Position numbers and translations under genes: made by a program
Origin: an uncultured delta proteobacterium
GTDB lineage: Bacteria; Desulfobacterota; Binatia; Bin18
DNA length: 64,000 bases
Assembly (NCBI GenBank): GCA_963733195.1
Contig: CAVTCR010000024.1
Coordinates: 1-64,000 of the forward strand
Reading direction: 5' to 3'
The notes under the pieces: generated by a model
What the model was told of the DNA's origin: nothing
Seen by the model: only the letters and a program-made list of their open reading frames with translations
Databases searched by the model: none
Shown here: positions 43,807 through 53,283 of the stretch, in pieces
Layout of the letters: every line of letters begins with the position of its first letter
Numbering within the stretch: position 1 is the first letter of the stretch

Positions 43807-44991
43807 TCAGACGCGTTCGATCAAGGTGCCCGTCCCGAGGCCCCCGCCGCAGCACATCGTGATCAACCCGTAGCGGCCCTGCGACCGTTTGAGCTCGTGG
43901 GCGGCCTTGGTGATGAGGAAACACCCGGTCGCGCCGAGCGGATGACCCAGCGCAATGGCGCCACCGTTGGGGTTGACGCGCGCCATATCGGGCTTGATCT
44001 CTTTGGCCCAGGCCAGCACCACCGAGGCAAAGGCTTCGTTAATTTCCACGACGTCGATATCGTTGATCGAGAGCCCGGCGCGCTTGAGCAACTTGCGGGT
44101 GGCCGGGATCGGCCCTTCGAGCATCAACACTGGATCGCAACCGACGAGGGCCGTCTCGACAATCCGCGCCAGTGGCTTGAGGCCGCACTCGCGGGCTCGC
44201 TCAGCGCTCATCAGTAACACCGCAGCAGCTCCGTCGGCAATCTGGGACGAGGACCCTGCCGTATGCACGCCGTTTTCGCGCGCGACCGGCTTGAGCCCGG
44301 CAAGGGCCTCGAGACTCGTCTTGCGCGGGATCTCGTCGGCGGTGACGGTCCTGGTCTTGTCGGTGCGCTTCCCGTCTGCATCGAGGACTGGTACCTCGAC
44401 AGGAATCATCTGCGCATCGAAACGGCCCTCGGCAATTGCGCGCGCCGCGCGAATCTGCGATTCGAGCCCCAGGGCGTCGGTATCCATCCGCGAGATGCCG
44501 TACTTCTCGGCGATGCGCTCGGCACCCTCAAACTGGCTGGTGAATTCGTAGTGCTCGTGGTAGCTCCGGGCGATGGGTTTGCCGTATCCGGCTTTGGCGC
44601 CAGCAACGGCGTCGGAGCCGATCGGCAGCCGGCTCATGTTCTCGACCCCGCAGGCGAGCACGACGTCTTCTACCCCGGAGGCGATCAGGCTGTACGCCAG
44701 GTTGGTGGCTTCCTGCGAAGAGCCGCACTGGGAGTCGACGGTGATGCAGGGCACTGCCTCAGCGCCGCCGTGGGCAAGCCAGGCGGTGCGTGTGACGTTC
44801 ATCGCCTGGGCGCCGACTTTGTTGATACAGCCGCCGACGACCTGTCCCACGTCGGAGGTGCTAATCCCGGCGCGCCCGAGCACGCTGTTCAGGACTTGAC
44901 CCAGAACGTCGGTCGGATGAGCCTCGGCCAGAGATCCGTTGCGTCGGCCCACCGGCGAACGACCAGCCTCAACGATGACGACTTCTTTCAT
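43807..44991 (-). CDS. Acetyl-CoA C-acyltransferase (thiolase; steroid FadA-like)
   Basis: QCGSSQ catalytic Cys, EINEAFA, GGAIALGHPLGATG and MCCGGG. Confidence 0.93.
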   Translation of the reverse strand: MKEVVIVEAGRSPVGRRNGSLAEAHPTDVLGQVLNSVLGRAGISTSDVGQVVGGCINKVGAQAMNVTRTAWLAHGGAEAVPCITVDSQCGSSQEATNLAYSLIASGVEDVVLACGVENMSRLPIGSDAVAGAKAGYGKPIARSYHEHYEFTSQFEGAERIAEKYGISRMDTDALGLESQIRAARAIAEGRFDAQMIPVEVPVLDADGKRTDKTRTVTADEIPRKTSLEALAGLKPVARENGVHTAGSSSQIADGAAAVLLMSAERARECGLKPLARIVETALVGCDPVLMLEGPIPATRKLLKRAGLSINDIDVVEINEAFASVVLAWAKEIKPDMARVNPNGGAIALGHPLGATGCFLITKAAHELKRSQGRYGLITMCCGGGLGTGTLIERV

Positions 44992-45271
44992 ATCTTTCCT
45001 CCTAAGGGGCGTCCCGGACCCGCCCTGTTGAATGCCTTATTTGATCGGGACTGAATGGGGTTTTGTTCTAATATATGAAGAACGATTTCGCAAGGCAGAA
45101 AAGCGAATCGGGCACCAAGGAACAGCGCGGGGAAGATGTGGCCGAGAAGCGTATGCAGCTATTGCCCGGAAAGTCATGCCAGCACTGGAGGAGATCTCGC
45201 CACAGCCCATGCAAGCTGCTACCTCAATTGGTAAGAGTTGTCGACAAACCATTTGTAATAAGGAGGAAGTT

Positions 45272-45661
45272 ATGAGTACAGCGAATGAACAAGTCGTAGT
45301 TGAGTTTTTTAGAGCCTTCGATCGCTTGGACCTAGAGGGGTCTTTAAGCTATCTGACTGAGGATTGTGTCCATGATGATAAGCCGGTTGGGATTCACCGA
45401 GGGAAAGAAGAGATCCGCCGGTTTTTTGCTCCTCAGATGAAGGATCTGAAAAGTTTCCGGGCCGAGCTGAAAGAGACCTTGTCGGTCGGGGATCTGGTGA
45501 TGAACGAGCGGGTGGACTGGATCGAGTTGCAAGGGGGAAAGAAAGCGGCGTTGCCGGTCATGGGGGCGTTCGAGATCCGGGCCGGGAAGATCGCTGTGTG
45601 GCGAGATTACTATGATATGGCCAGTTTTCACAAACAGATCAGCGGGAGCAAAGCTTCTTAG
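45272..45661 (+). CDS. Limonene-1,2-epoxide hydrolase family protein
   Basis: VMNERVD, LPVMGAFEI and WRDYYD signature. Confidence 0.88.
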   Translation: MSTANEQVVVEFFRAFDRLDLEGSLSYLTEDCVHDDKPVGIHRGKEEIRRFFAPQMKDLKSFRAELKETLSVGDLVMNERVDWIELQGGKKAALPVMGAFEIRAGKIAVWRDYYDMASFHKQISGSKAS

Positions 45662-45842
45662 CGGCAATTTGCGGATCTGTCGTAACTTCTCACTTCTCTG
45701 AGGCCGCGTCACTGTCCGATTAATCATGTGATTCAGCAGCTCCCTAGCTCCCTTCCTCTCCCAACAGTTTGTGAGGGAGCGGGAGGGAGAAGGGGTACAC
45801 ACTCCGCCCGCCTCAGGCAAGAAGACGTTCGGAGTTCTCTCT

Positions 45843-47507
45843 CTAAGGGCGAGCTTTCTGAAGCGGTGACTCGGATCTGATCGCTTTCTGAAGATGAGCC
45901 CCTTGCAGGTTAGCGCCATCGAGATGGGCCCCTTGCAGATTCGCGCCATCGAGATGAGCCCCTTGCAGATCCGCCCCTTGGAGATAAGCCCCTTGTAGGT
46001 TCGCCCCTTGGAGATAGGCCCCTTGCAGATTCGCTCCTTCAAGATGGGCCTCTTGTAGATTCGCCCCTTCAAGATGGGCATTCATCAGCTTAGCATTTTG
46101 ATAGAGGAAGGCTCCTTGTAGATTCGCCCCTTCGAGATGGGCCTCAGATAAATCTGCCCTTTGGAGCCAGGCCCACGACAAGTTGGCGTTCTGGAGCTGG
46201 GCCTCAGCCAGGCTGGCGCCTTGGAGCTGAATCATGAAGAGATCGGCGTCCCGCAGATCGGCTCCCCGGAGATTCGCTTTCGCTAAAAAAGCTCGGCGGG
46301 CGTTCACGCCTCGCAAATTATGGGCTTCGAGTTGCGCTCCTTGGACTGCCTCAATCGCCTTTGCCATGTCCTCCTCTTTCTCGTATTGGGCTGCCCAATT
46401 CGGCGGTTTCGTCGAAATATTCTCTTCTTCAAGCCGGGCCGTCGCCAAGGGGAGGTGGAGATGCGCCTGCGCATACATGGGGATGTAAGAGGGGATGCCG
46501 TAGATGGCGCCGACAGAAAGAAGAGATAAGATTGCGCTGCTTACCACCGCACCGACCATGGCTTTCTTCCAGGGGAAAAGTTGCCTTTGCTCTGCTCCCC
46601 GTAGCGGCGTCGCGGCCAACCAATAGAGCAGGACAAATTCCCATATCGAGATGACGACCAAGATGATGTGCAACAGCGTTCCCCACGGATCATGTCGAGG
46701 AAGGTATTCCAGCCAGAAGAGCAAGAGCGTGACTGGCACGATCCCCCACGTGAGGAGCCCTGGTCCATGACTTTGCATAGCAGCCAGAGGAGAGCGGTCT
46801 TCCGTCGCTCGAACAGATTGTGATCGGTCGAGGCCGGTGAGAAGCCACAGAGAGGCCTTCTTCTCCAAGAGGCGGCCGTCCGGAAAGCGGACAGGTAAGT
46901 CGGCCAACAGTTCCCATAAGGGGCGGAGGTAATACAGATGCAGGTAGAGGTACAGCCCAAGCAACAGCAGGGGCGCTGCCATATAGAAGGAGGCGATAGG
47001 AATCACGGTTCCAATGATGGGCAGTGGAGAGGAGGTCGCGTTAGTAAGCAGGCGGGCGTGCGTCGTTGTGGCAATGGTAAGGATGGAATACACGCACGCC
47101 GAGAGCATCACAAAGAAGAGCGACTGGAGTCCGAGGGAGAGCTGGTCAACAATGGCAAGCTCCGGAAACGGTCGAATCTCCTCTGGGAGCTGCGCCCCAG
47201 AGACATTGGCACCTGCCAGTTGTCCCGCCAGAAGGCCTGTGGTGTGAGTAAGGTCCGCATACTGTAAGTTCGCGTCCGATAAGATAGTCCACGGGAGATG
47301 CGCCTCCTGAAGGTTAGCCTCGGAAAGGAGGGCCCCCTGCAGGTTGGCTCGCGCAAGATTTGCTTTGGACAAGTTGATTGCACAGAGATCAGCGCCGGGC
47401 AGCTGAGCCCCCGTAAGGTCCGGCAGCAATTCGGGATGCTTTTCTCGCCACGCATTCCAGACCGCTACTCCCTGCTGCAGCAGGGTAAGATGTTCTTCAT
47501 TCGCCAT
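45843..47507 (-). CDS. Membrane-spanning pentapeptide-repeat protein
   Basis: MANEEHL..L.QGV..WN.WR start, A(N/D)L repeats at both ends, ~5 TM helices in the middle; 30-bp DNA tandem repeats at ~45890-46145. Confidence 0.88.
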   Translation of the reverse strand: MANEEHLTLLQQGVAVWNAWREKHPELLPDLTGAQLPGADLCAINLSKANLARANLQGALLSEANLQEAHLPWTILSDANLQYADLTHTTGLLAGQLAGANVSGAQLPEEIRPFPELAIVDQLSLGLQSLFFVMLSACVYSILTIATTTHARLLTNATSSPLPIIGTVIPIASFYMAAPLLLLGLYLYLHLYYLRPLWELLADLPVRFPDGRLLEKKASLWLLTGLDRSQSVRATEDRSPLAAMQSHGPGLLTWGIVPVTLLLFWLEYLPRHDPWGTLLHIILVVISIWEFVLLYWLAATPLRGAEQRQLFPWKKAMVGAVVSSAILSLLSVGAIYGIPSYIPMYAQAHLHLPLATARLEEENISTKPPNWAAQYEKEEDMAKAIEAVQGAQLEAHNLRGVNARRAFLAKANLRGADLRDADLFMIQLQGASLAEAQLQNANLSWAWLQRADLSEAHLEGANLQGAFLYQNAKLMNAHLEGANLQEAHLEGANLQGAYLQGANLQGAYLQGADLQGAHLDGANLQGAHLDGANLQGAHLQKAIRSESPLQKARP

Positions 47508-48315
47508 AGTTTCCTTTCTCTGCAAGGTCTCGTCCTGCGGGAGTACCGCTGTGGGTTGACAGAGGTCGTCGACCCGCAATGGACGAGCTGCGGCTGAGAT
47601 TCCATCAGAATGAGTATTAGCTCCTCGATAGGGTTCTGGAGCAATCCAGATATTGAACAGATTATCCCATGTGCTGTGGCAGGATTTTCCCTGAATGGGC
47701 GCTGCCTCCGCCCCCTGTACTGAAGAGGCATTCCGTTTCCCACTCCCGCTGTCGAACTCAGGCCTGTGGGTGACGTGTTGAGTTGTTCAACCGCATCTGG
47801 CCTTGGCACTTACCTTTCCCCGTACTCTCTTCCCCTACCTCCACAAGGTTGGCAGTCGAGTCCATCCGGTCGTGTTCGTGTTTCGTATCATATCAATAGA
47901 AAGGTTGTGTATGTGTATATTGAAGGCGCGTCCGATCGATTTCCATCCCCCCTTAGCTATCAAACTCCGCTCTGGCATCGTACTCGCGAACCCAAGCGTC
48001 CAGTGGCACATTGAGATCCTCGTGCAGGCGGGGATTCCCGAGGACCAATGGGCAGAGGTGGTAGCGGAGAGCGGGTTTGTGGATCCGCAGGGGACCTTCA
48101 TTGCCGGGCACGGGGCTCGGATCCTCGAAGGGAATGATTATTTCGCACAGCCGCTTGAAGAGGCCTAGCCGTGAGAGTAGACCCGAGGTCCCACGGGTCT
48201 GCCTCACTATATGAAGGGCCAACGATCCAGGTCATGCGCTGCCCCGCGCCGGGCCCCTTCCGGGCGGTTATTTCGCTGCTAATATCCCCCAAACAAAGAG
48301 AAAGGAGGCACGCGT

Positions 48316-48551
48316 ATGCCACAGATGCGAGAAATCACTTCAGGACTCCAATTCCCCGAAGGCCCCGGATTACGATCATCTCGCCCGATGGCGCGTCGGT
48401 GGAATTTGTCCCCACCGGCGATCCCCTTACGACGAACATTTGCTTTGGCGGGCCGGATCTGCGCATCGCGTATATTACCCTAAGCGGTCAAGGGAAATTA
48501 GTTGCAATGGACTGGCCTCGACCCGGGCTGAAACTACACTACACGCGATGA
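48316..48551 (+). pseudogene. SMP-30/gluconolactonase gene with large internal deletion
   Basis: N-terminal MREITSGLQFPEGP is joined directly to C-terminal ITIISPDG...TTNICFGGPDLR.AYITLS. Confidence 0.75.
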
Positions 48552-48718
48552 TACCGTGCCCACACTCGTCTTTCCCGATCCGCTGGTGAGACGGGAGAGA
48601 ACTAGGATGCGGGGAAAAGTAGCGAACGCGTGTCTTTTTCACCTCCATGAGCAGCGGGGGAGTGACCTCATCGTCTAGCATCACAATCGTTACTACGGGA
48701 AAAGGGAGGAAACAGCGG

Positions 48719-49951
48719 ATGATACAGAAACCATTATCGGGGATTGTCGTCTTAGATCTTACACGCTACCTGGCTGGTCCGTACTGCACCCTGCTCCTTG
48801 CTGGGCTCGGTGCGGAAGTCATCAAGATTGAGCCACCTGGGAAAGGCGATCTGCATCGGCGCTTTCCGCCCTTTCTCGGGCCGAAGGGAGCGGCTGGCAC
48901 GCCACAGACTGATGAAGACATGGGCGTGTTCATGCTCCATCGGGCGCGCAACAAGAAGAGTATAACGCTTGACTTGTACCAGCCTGAAGGACGAGTGGTG
49001 TTTAAGGAACTGTGTCGGAAGGCGGATGTAGTCGTCGAAAACTATGCCCCAGGGGTGATGAACGAGATGGAAGCAGGGTACGCCGAGCTGCGGACACTCA
49101 ATCCTGGCCTCATTCTCTGCTCAATTTCCGGCTTCGGGCAGACCGGTCCGCTACGCGATTGGCGCGCATACGACCCGGTCATTCAGTCCATGAGTGGTCT
49201 TGCCAGTGTCACAGGGTATCCTGATCGTCCACCAACGCGGTGTGGGGCCGCGATCAGCGATACCGTCGCGCCACTCTTTGCCATCATTGGTATTCTCTCC
49301 GCGTTGCGTCGACGCGAGCAGGGCGGAACGGGTGAGTGGGTGGATATCGCGATGATGGACACGTCATTCTTCTTGCAACCCGATCTGTTGGAGTTGCTCA
49401 ATGGAGGCATCGAACCTCAGCGGCGCGGGAATACGCACGTTGCTGGAACGCCGCTCAATACCTACGCGACGCGCGACGGGTTTGTCACGGTCGCCGTCAC
49501 CACCGACAAGAACTGGGAATGTCTATTGGCCGCACTCGGACGTGACGATCTCAAGGCCGATGTCCGATTTGCGACGCCGCTGTCGCGTCGGCAGAGCATT
49601 CAGTTTATCGACACCCTGGTGGCAGCCTGGCTGCAAGAACGGACCACGAACGATGCCGTGCAGTTGCTGCAACAGCATGCGGTGCCGGCTGGAGCGGTGC
49701 AAACCATCCCTGAGCTCCTGACGCACCCGCAGGTCCAAGCGCGGCAGATGATAGTTGATTTAGCCCACCCTACGGCGGGAGCGCTTCCCGGAGCGAAAGG
49801 GTTCGGCATGCCGATTCGTTTTGTGGAGCATCCGTTGCAGTTCGATCAGCCCGCGCCGCTCCTCGGTGCGCATAATGAAGAGATCTACCGGCAACGACTC
49901 GGGATCAGTGCAACACACCTCGCCGAGTTGCGAGCCAAGAAGGTAATCTGA
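48719..49951 (+). CDS. Family III CoA-transferase (CaiB/BaiF)
   Basis: PLSGIVVLDLTRYLAGP, RNKKSITLD, ENYAPG, SISGFGQTGP and APLLGAHN. Confidence 0.92.
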   Translation: MIQKPLSGIVVLDLTRYLAGPYCTLLLAGLGAEVIKIEPPGKGDLHRRFPPFLGPKGAAGTPQTDEDMGVFMLHRARNKKSITLDLYQPEGRVVFKELCRKADVVVENYAPGVMNEMEAGYAELRTLNPGLILCSISGFGQTGPLRDWRAYDPVIQSMSGLASVTGYPDRPPTRCGAAISDTVAPLFAIIGILSALRRREQGGTGEWVDIAMMDTSFFLQPDLLELLNGGIEPQRRGNTHVAGTPLNTYATRDGFVTVAVTTDKNWECLLAALGRDDLKADVRFATPLSRRQSIQFIDTLVAAWLQERTTNDAVQLLQQHAVPAGAVQTIPELLTHPQVQARQMIVDLAHPTAGALPGAKGFGMPIRFVEHPLQFDQPAPLLGAHNEEIYRQRLGISATHLAELRAKKVI

Positions 49952-49974
49952 GGAAAGAAGATGAAGAAAAGCCA

Positions 49975-50317
49975 GAAATGACTGCACCGGCTTCGCAAAA
50001 GGAGCACCGTGTTCGACCCGACCTGTCGCACGCACGCAATATCCCGTATCCCACTCCCATGGAGTGTCATCTCAACCCTTTGCTGCTTCACCGTGGGCAA
50101 ACAGCCAGGAGACGCATAGCTCTGCAAGAACGTCCGCCCACACTACGCGCGTTGTTGACAGCGAAATCGCTCCTTGCCGTTACTTGTCTCGCCATACTTC
50201 ACCACGGCTTTACTCTGACAGTGCGGACACTGCACGGCTGCCTCTGCCCTCGGTTCTTTCTCCTTCAGGCACTATGCTCGCCGTCTTCTTGTCAATCAAC
50301 AAATTGGAGGCACTACC
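49975..50317 (-). mobile_element. IS1-family remnant (InsA part; one terminal IR)
   Basis: Left end GGTAGTGCCTCCAA on the minus strand from 50317; CPHC..CGRTF Zn finger and GSGIRDIA.V..V..NTV HTH; truncated, with an internal stop. Confidence 0.8.
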
Positions 50318-50456
50318 GAAAACTTCCTATATGTAGCCACATTAACATGGCTACATATAGCCGTATAGAGCTGGCTACCCGTAGACCGTTCTGGCTATTC
50401 GTAGGAAGATGTTTCTGCTAATAGCCGGGAGCTTTGCCGTTGAATTAAAGTTAGCC
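50318..50456 (+). other. Candidate integron attI region (no intI in window)
   Basis: Ends in GCCGTTGAATTAAA-GTTAGCC (R box 50450-50456) directly upstream of a + strand cassette array; 13-bp IR CTATATGTAGCCA/TGGCTACATATAG at 50327-50360. Confidence 0.5.
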
Positions 50457-50498
50457 AAACATGTCGCGTGGCGGCGCCACGCAGGATGAAAAGAAGGC

Positions 50499-51958
50499 CT
50501 GTAAGCGCTACAGTAGTTGCCGTCTTTGGTGCGGATGAGGTCGAGACGCCTTGGTGCACACAGCCCGTAAGTTAGCCGGACCCGAGAGCCTCCTGAGGCA
50601 CCACTCAAGGTTGCGCCCGTCACGGGAAAGCACGGATAGCAGACTCTTTCTTGCATGGGGTTCTCCCCGCCAGAGGCGAAAGGAGCCTGAGATGGAAGTC
50701 GTCTACGAGTGTTGTTGTGGGCTCGACGTGCACGCCAAGACGGTTGTGGCGTGTGTGATCAAGAAAGGGCGAAAGGAAATTCGTACTTTTGCGACGATGA
50801 CGGAGGAGTTGTTGTCCCTTGGGGATTGGTTGATCAGCGAGGGCTGCACGCATGTGGCGATCGAGAGTACGGGGGTGTACTGGAAGCCGGTGTTCAATCT
50901 CTTGGAAGGGACGGTCGAGGTGATCCTCGTCAACGCGCGGCATATCAAAGCAGTGCCAGGGCGAAAGACTGATGTACGCGATTGCGAGTGGTTAGCGGAT
51001 TTGTTGCGGCATGGCTTATTGCGGGCCAGTTTTATTCCGCCGCAGGAGATTCGGGAGTTACGGGAGTTAACGCGCTATCGGCAAACCCTGCTGCGCGAAC
51101 ACACTGCCGTGGCCAATCGGCTGCAAAAACTGCTGGAAAGTGGGAACATCAAGTTGGGGCAAGTAGCAAGTGACGTACTGGGCCTGAGTGGGCGTTTGAT
51201 GTTGCACGCCTTAGCCGAAGGCGAGCAGGATGCGCGGAAGTTGGCCGAGCTGGCCCAAGGGAAGCTGAAGAATAAAAAGGACGCCCTGCGGCATGCGTTA
51301 GTCGGGCGGTTGACGCCAGTGCAACGCTGGGTGCTGGGCGAATTACTTGCGCGGGTCGAGGAACTGGATACCGCGCTTCAGCGTGTCGAGACTCGGATCG
51401 GGGAGGAAGTCGAGCACTGCTCCGACCCTTTCGTGCAGGAGGCTGTGGTGTTGCTCGATAGTATGCCGGGGATTGGCGAACACATCGCGCGCACGGTTGT
51501 CTCTGAGATTGGTGTCGACATGGCACGATTTCCCTCCGCCGAACATTTGGCGAGTTGGGCAGGGCTGTGTCCGGGCAACAATGAGTCCGCGGGCAAGCGG
51601 AAGAGTGGGCAGACGACCAAAGGCAGCCAGTATCTGCGCACCGCCCTGGTTGAAGCAGCATGGGCCGCGACGCGGGCGAAGGGGACGTTTCTGGCTGCCA
51701 AGTATTACCGCCTGGTGAAACGGATGGGCAAGAAGAAAGCGCTTGTTGCAGTGGCGCATGGCATGTTACGAGTGATTTATCCTCTGCTCCGTCGCCGCGT
51801 GGGCTACACAGACTTAGGCAGTGAGTACGTAACACAGCACCAGGTCGAGCAGCAACGGCAACGCTTAGTGAAGAAACTGGAAGCTCTTGGCCTGAAGGTC
51901 ACGCTTGAAGAAGTCGGACAAGCCGCGTAGCTCACTTACTGAGGCATTTTCATAGCAG
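50499..51958 (+). mobile_element. IS110-family element with upstream non-coding end (boundaries tentative)
   Basis: AGGCCT on both flanks (50495-50500 and 51957-51962); ~190-bp leader; ends TTTTCATAGCAG; alternative left end at 50414. Confidence 0.7.
50692..51930 (+). CDS. IS110 DEDD recombinase/transposase
   Basis: GLDVH, IESTGVYWKP, GRKTDVRDCEW, PGIG and SWAGLCPGNNESAGK. Confidence 0.95.
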   Translation: MEVVYECCCGLDVHAKTVVACVIKKGRKEIRTFATMTEELLSLGDWLISEGCTHVAIESTGVYWKPVFNLLEGTVEVILVNARHIKAVPGRKTDVRDCEWLADLLRHGLLRASFIPPQEIRELRELTRYRQTLLREHTAVANRLQKLLESGNIKLGQVASDVLGLSGRLMLHALAEGEQDARKLAELAQGKLKNKKDALRHALVGRLTPVQRWVLGELLARVEELDTALQRVETRIGEEVEHCSDPFVQEAVVLLDSMPGIGEHIARTVVSEIGVDMARFPSAEHLASWAGLCPGNNESAGKRKSGQTTKGSQYLRTALVEAAWAATRAKGTFLAAKYYRLVKRMGKKKALVAVAHGMLRVIYPLLRRRVGYTDLGSEYVTQHQVEQQRQRLVKKLEALGLKVTLEEVGQAA

Positions 51959-51992
51959 GCCTACTTGAGACAAACAGGATGGTCCGTAGCCC

Positions 51993-52556
51993 ATGGATCA
52001 CGATGCCATTCGAGACCTGATTTCGGTACTGGGATTCGTCATCTCATTGTTCTTGTTGTTCGTACACATCAAGAACAGACGTACCCAGCTGTCCTCATAC
52101 CAGCTAGCGCGAGCTACATACCGTAGTAGCTCAATCGACCTTCATTACATCGGATCAGAGCAAGTCGATGATCATGTTCTCCTGAAACTTGTTCTCTTCA
52201 ACCCTGGTTCCGTCGCAGCAATCATCCAAAGCTTTGCAGTCTTTGAAGTCTCCCCTACTCGTAATTCGATTCGTCGACTATTTTGGCCAACCGAATGGCG
52301 AAGAATCGAAGATGCCCGATGGTGGCCAACAAAGAACGCTGATCAAAAAACATCTGGATATTTAGCCGATGAGTACGAAAACCTATACGTCGAAGACTTC
52401 AGAACCATTTTGGTGTCGATACCAGGAATGATCGATTGTCGTGAGTACTTGTTTGAAGTTCGCAGCAATCATGGATCTCAAACCACAAGAACCACGATTG
52501 CTGCAACAGCGAGCCACTTTTCGCACCATTTCGAGCGGTGGTACAGAGAGAGGTAG
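51993..52556 (+). CDS. Cassette 1: hypothetical protein with N-terminal TM helix
   Basis: Stop codon abuts R'' GCCTAAC at 52557; lower GC than the flanks. Confidence 0.75.
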   Translation: MDHDAIRDLISVLGFVISLFLLFVHIKNRRTQLSSYQLARATYRSSSIDLHYIGSEQVDDHVLLKLVLFNPGSVAAIIQSFAVFEVSPTRNSIRRLFWPTEWRRIEDARWWPTKNADQKTSGYLADEYENLYVEDFRTILVSIPGMIDCREYLFEVRSNHGSQTTRTTIAATASHFSHHFERWYRER

Positions 52557-52594
52557 GCCTAACCCTTTGTTGCAGCGGACCGAATGCGTTAGGC
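52557..52594 (+). other. attC site (truncated, 38 bp)
   Basis: GCCTAAC...TTGCAGCGGAC...GTTAGGC; the L' arm is missing. Confidence 0.7.
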
Positions 52595-52603
52595 TATCTC
52601 CTC

Positions 52604-52632
52604 TTGCCGCATATGCATCGTGCATATACACT
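52604..52632 (+). promoter_or_regulatory. brnTA promoter TTGCCG-N17-TACACT with operator ATATGCA-N3-TGCATAT
   Basis: -35 at 52604-52609, -10 at 52627-52632, palindrome 52611-52627; GTG start 6 nt downstream (leaderless). Confidence 0.7.
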
Positions 52633-52638
52633 GCCCAC

Positions 52639-52923
52639 GTGAACACCTGGGACGAGCGTAAGCGGCGGAGGAATCTGAAGGATCATGGCATTGACTTTGC
52701 CGATCTGGAGGGGTTTTTCGACGGCGACCTGCTCACCCGCGAGGACACACGTGAAGCCTATGGTGAAGCACGTTACCAAAGCGTCGGGGTGTTTAATGGC
52801 GTGCCCTTGTTTGTCGTGTGGACGCCACTTGATGATGAGGGTGAGATGACCCATTTGATCTCGGCACGAAAGGCGGAAAAGCATGAATACAATGCGTGGC
52901 TCGCGCGTTACTCGAAGCGCTAA
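52639..52923 (+). CDS. brnT: BrnT toxin (cassette 2)
   Basis: WDERKRRRNLKDHGIDF, YGEARY and HLISARKA. Confidence 0.9.
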   Translation: MNTWDERKRRRNLKDHGIDFADLEGFFDGDLLTREDTREAYGEARYQSVGVFNGVPLFVVWTPLDDEGEMTHLISARKAEKHEYNAWLARYSKR

Positions 52924-53266
52924 AGGCAAAACGGACTGGGCAAAGCTCAAGGCCATGCCTGACAAGGCGATCCGGTTCACGAAAGATGCGCCTCGCACCT
53001 CACCGGAGGATTGGGCTAATGCAGTAGCTCATCGTGGACTGCCGCTGCCAGTGCGGAAGGAGCAGATTGCACTGCGTGTGGATGCGGACGTGTTGGCTTG
53101 GTTCCGCGCGCAGGGAAGTGGCTGGCAGACGCGCATGAATGAGGTGTTAAAGGCATATTGGAAAGCAATGGCGAAGGCGCGGCCTAACATGCGCCTGCAG
53201 CCTGACCGCGGCCCGCTTGCGGTTTCTGCTGAAGCCGAAAGGACTCGTTTGGGCCGCGGCGGCTGA
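52883..53266 (+). CDS. brnA: BrnA antitoxin (cassette 2), reading through the attC
   Basis: KTDWAKL, KEQIALRVDADVLAWFRAQGSGWQTRMNEVL. Confidence 0.9.
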   Translation: MNTMRGSRVTRSAKGKTDWAKLKAMPDKAIRFTKDAPRTSPEDWANAVAHRGLPLPVRKEQIALRVDADVLAWFRAQGSGWQTRMNEVLKAYWKAMAKARPNMRLQPDRGPLAVSAEAERTRLGRGG

Positions 53267-53276
53267 GGCGTTAAAC
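53182..53276 (+). other. attC site
   Basis: R'' GCCTAAC, L arms CGCCTGCAGCC/GGCTGAGGCG and R' GTTAAAC. Confidence 0.9.
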
Positions 53277-53283
53277 ACCAGTC

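Noticed and set aside
42388-45054. Long antisense ORFs (e.g. 42388-43200, 44263-45054; also 10813-11613 and 36139-36870)
   Set aside because: They are shadow frames of well-supported genes on the opposite strand in GC-rich DNA, with no recognisable motifs.
45890-46145. 30-bp tandem repeats as a non-coding array
   Set aside because: They are fully explained by pentapeptide-repeat coding (GANLQ/GAHL).
47600-48168. ORF 47803-48168 as a real gene
   Set aside because: Possibly a degraded gene, but the start is unclear and I recognise no family.
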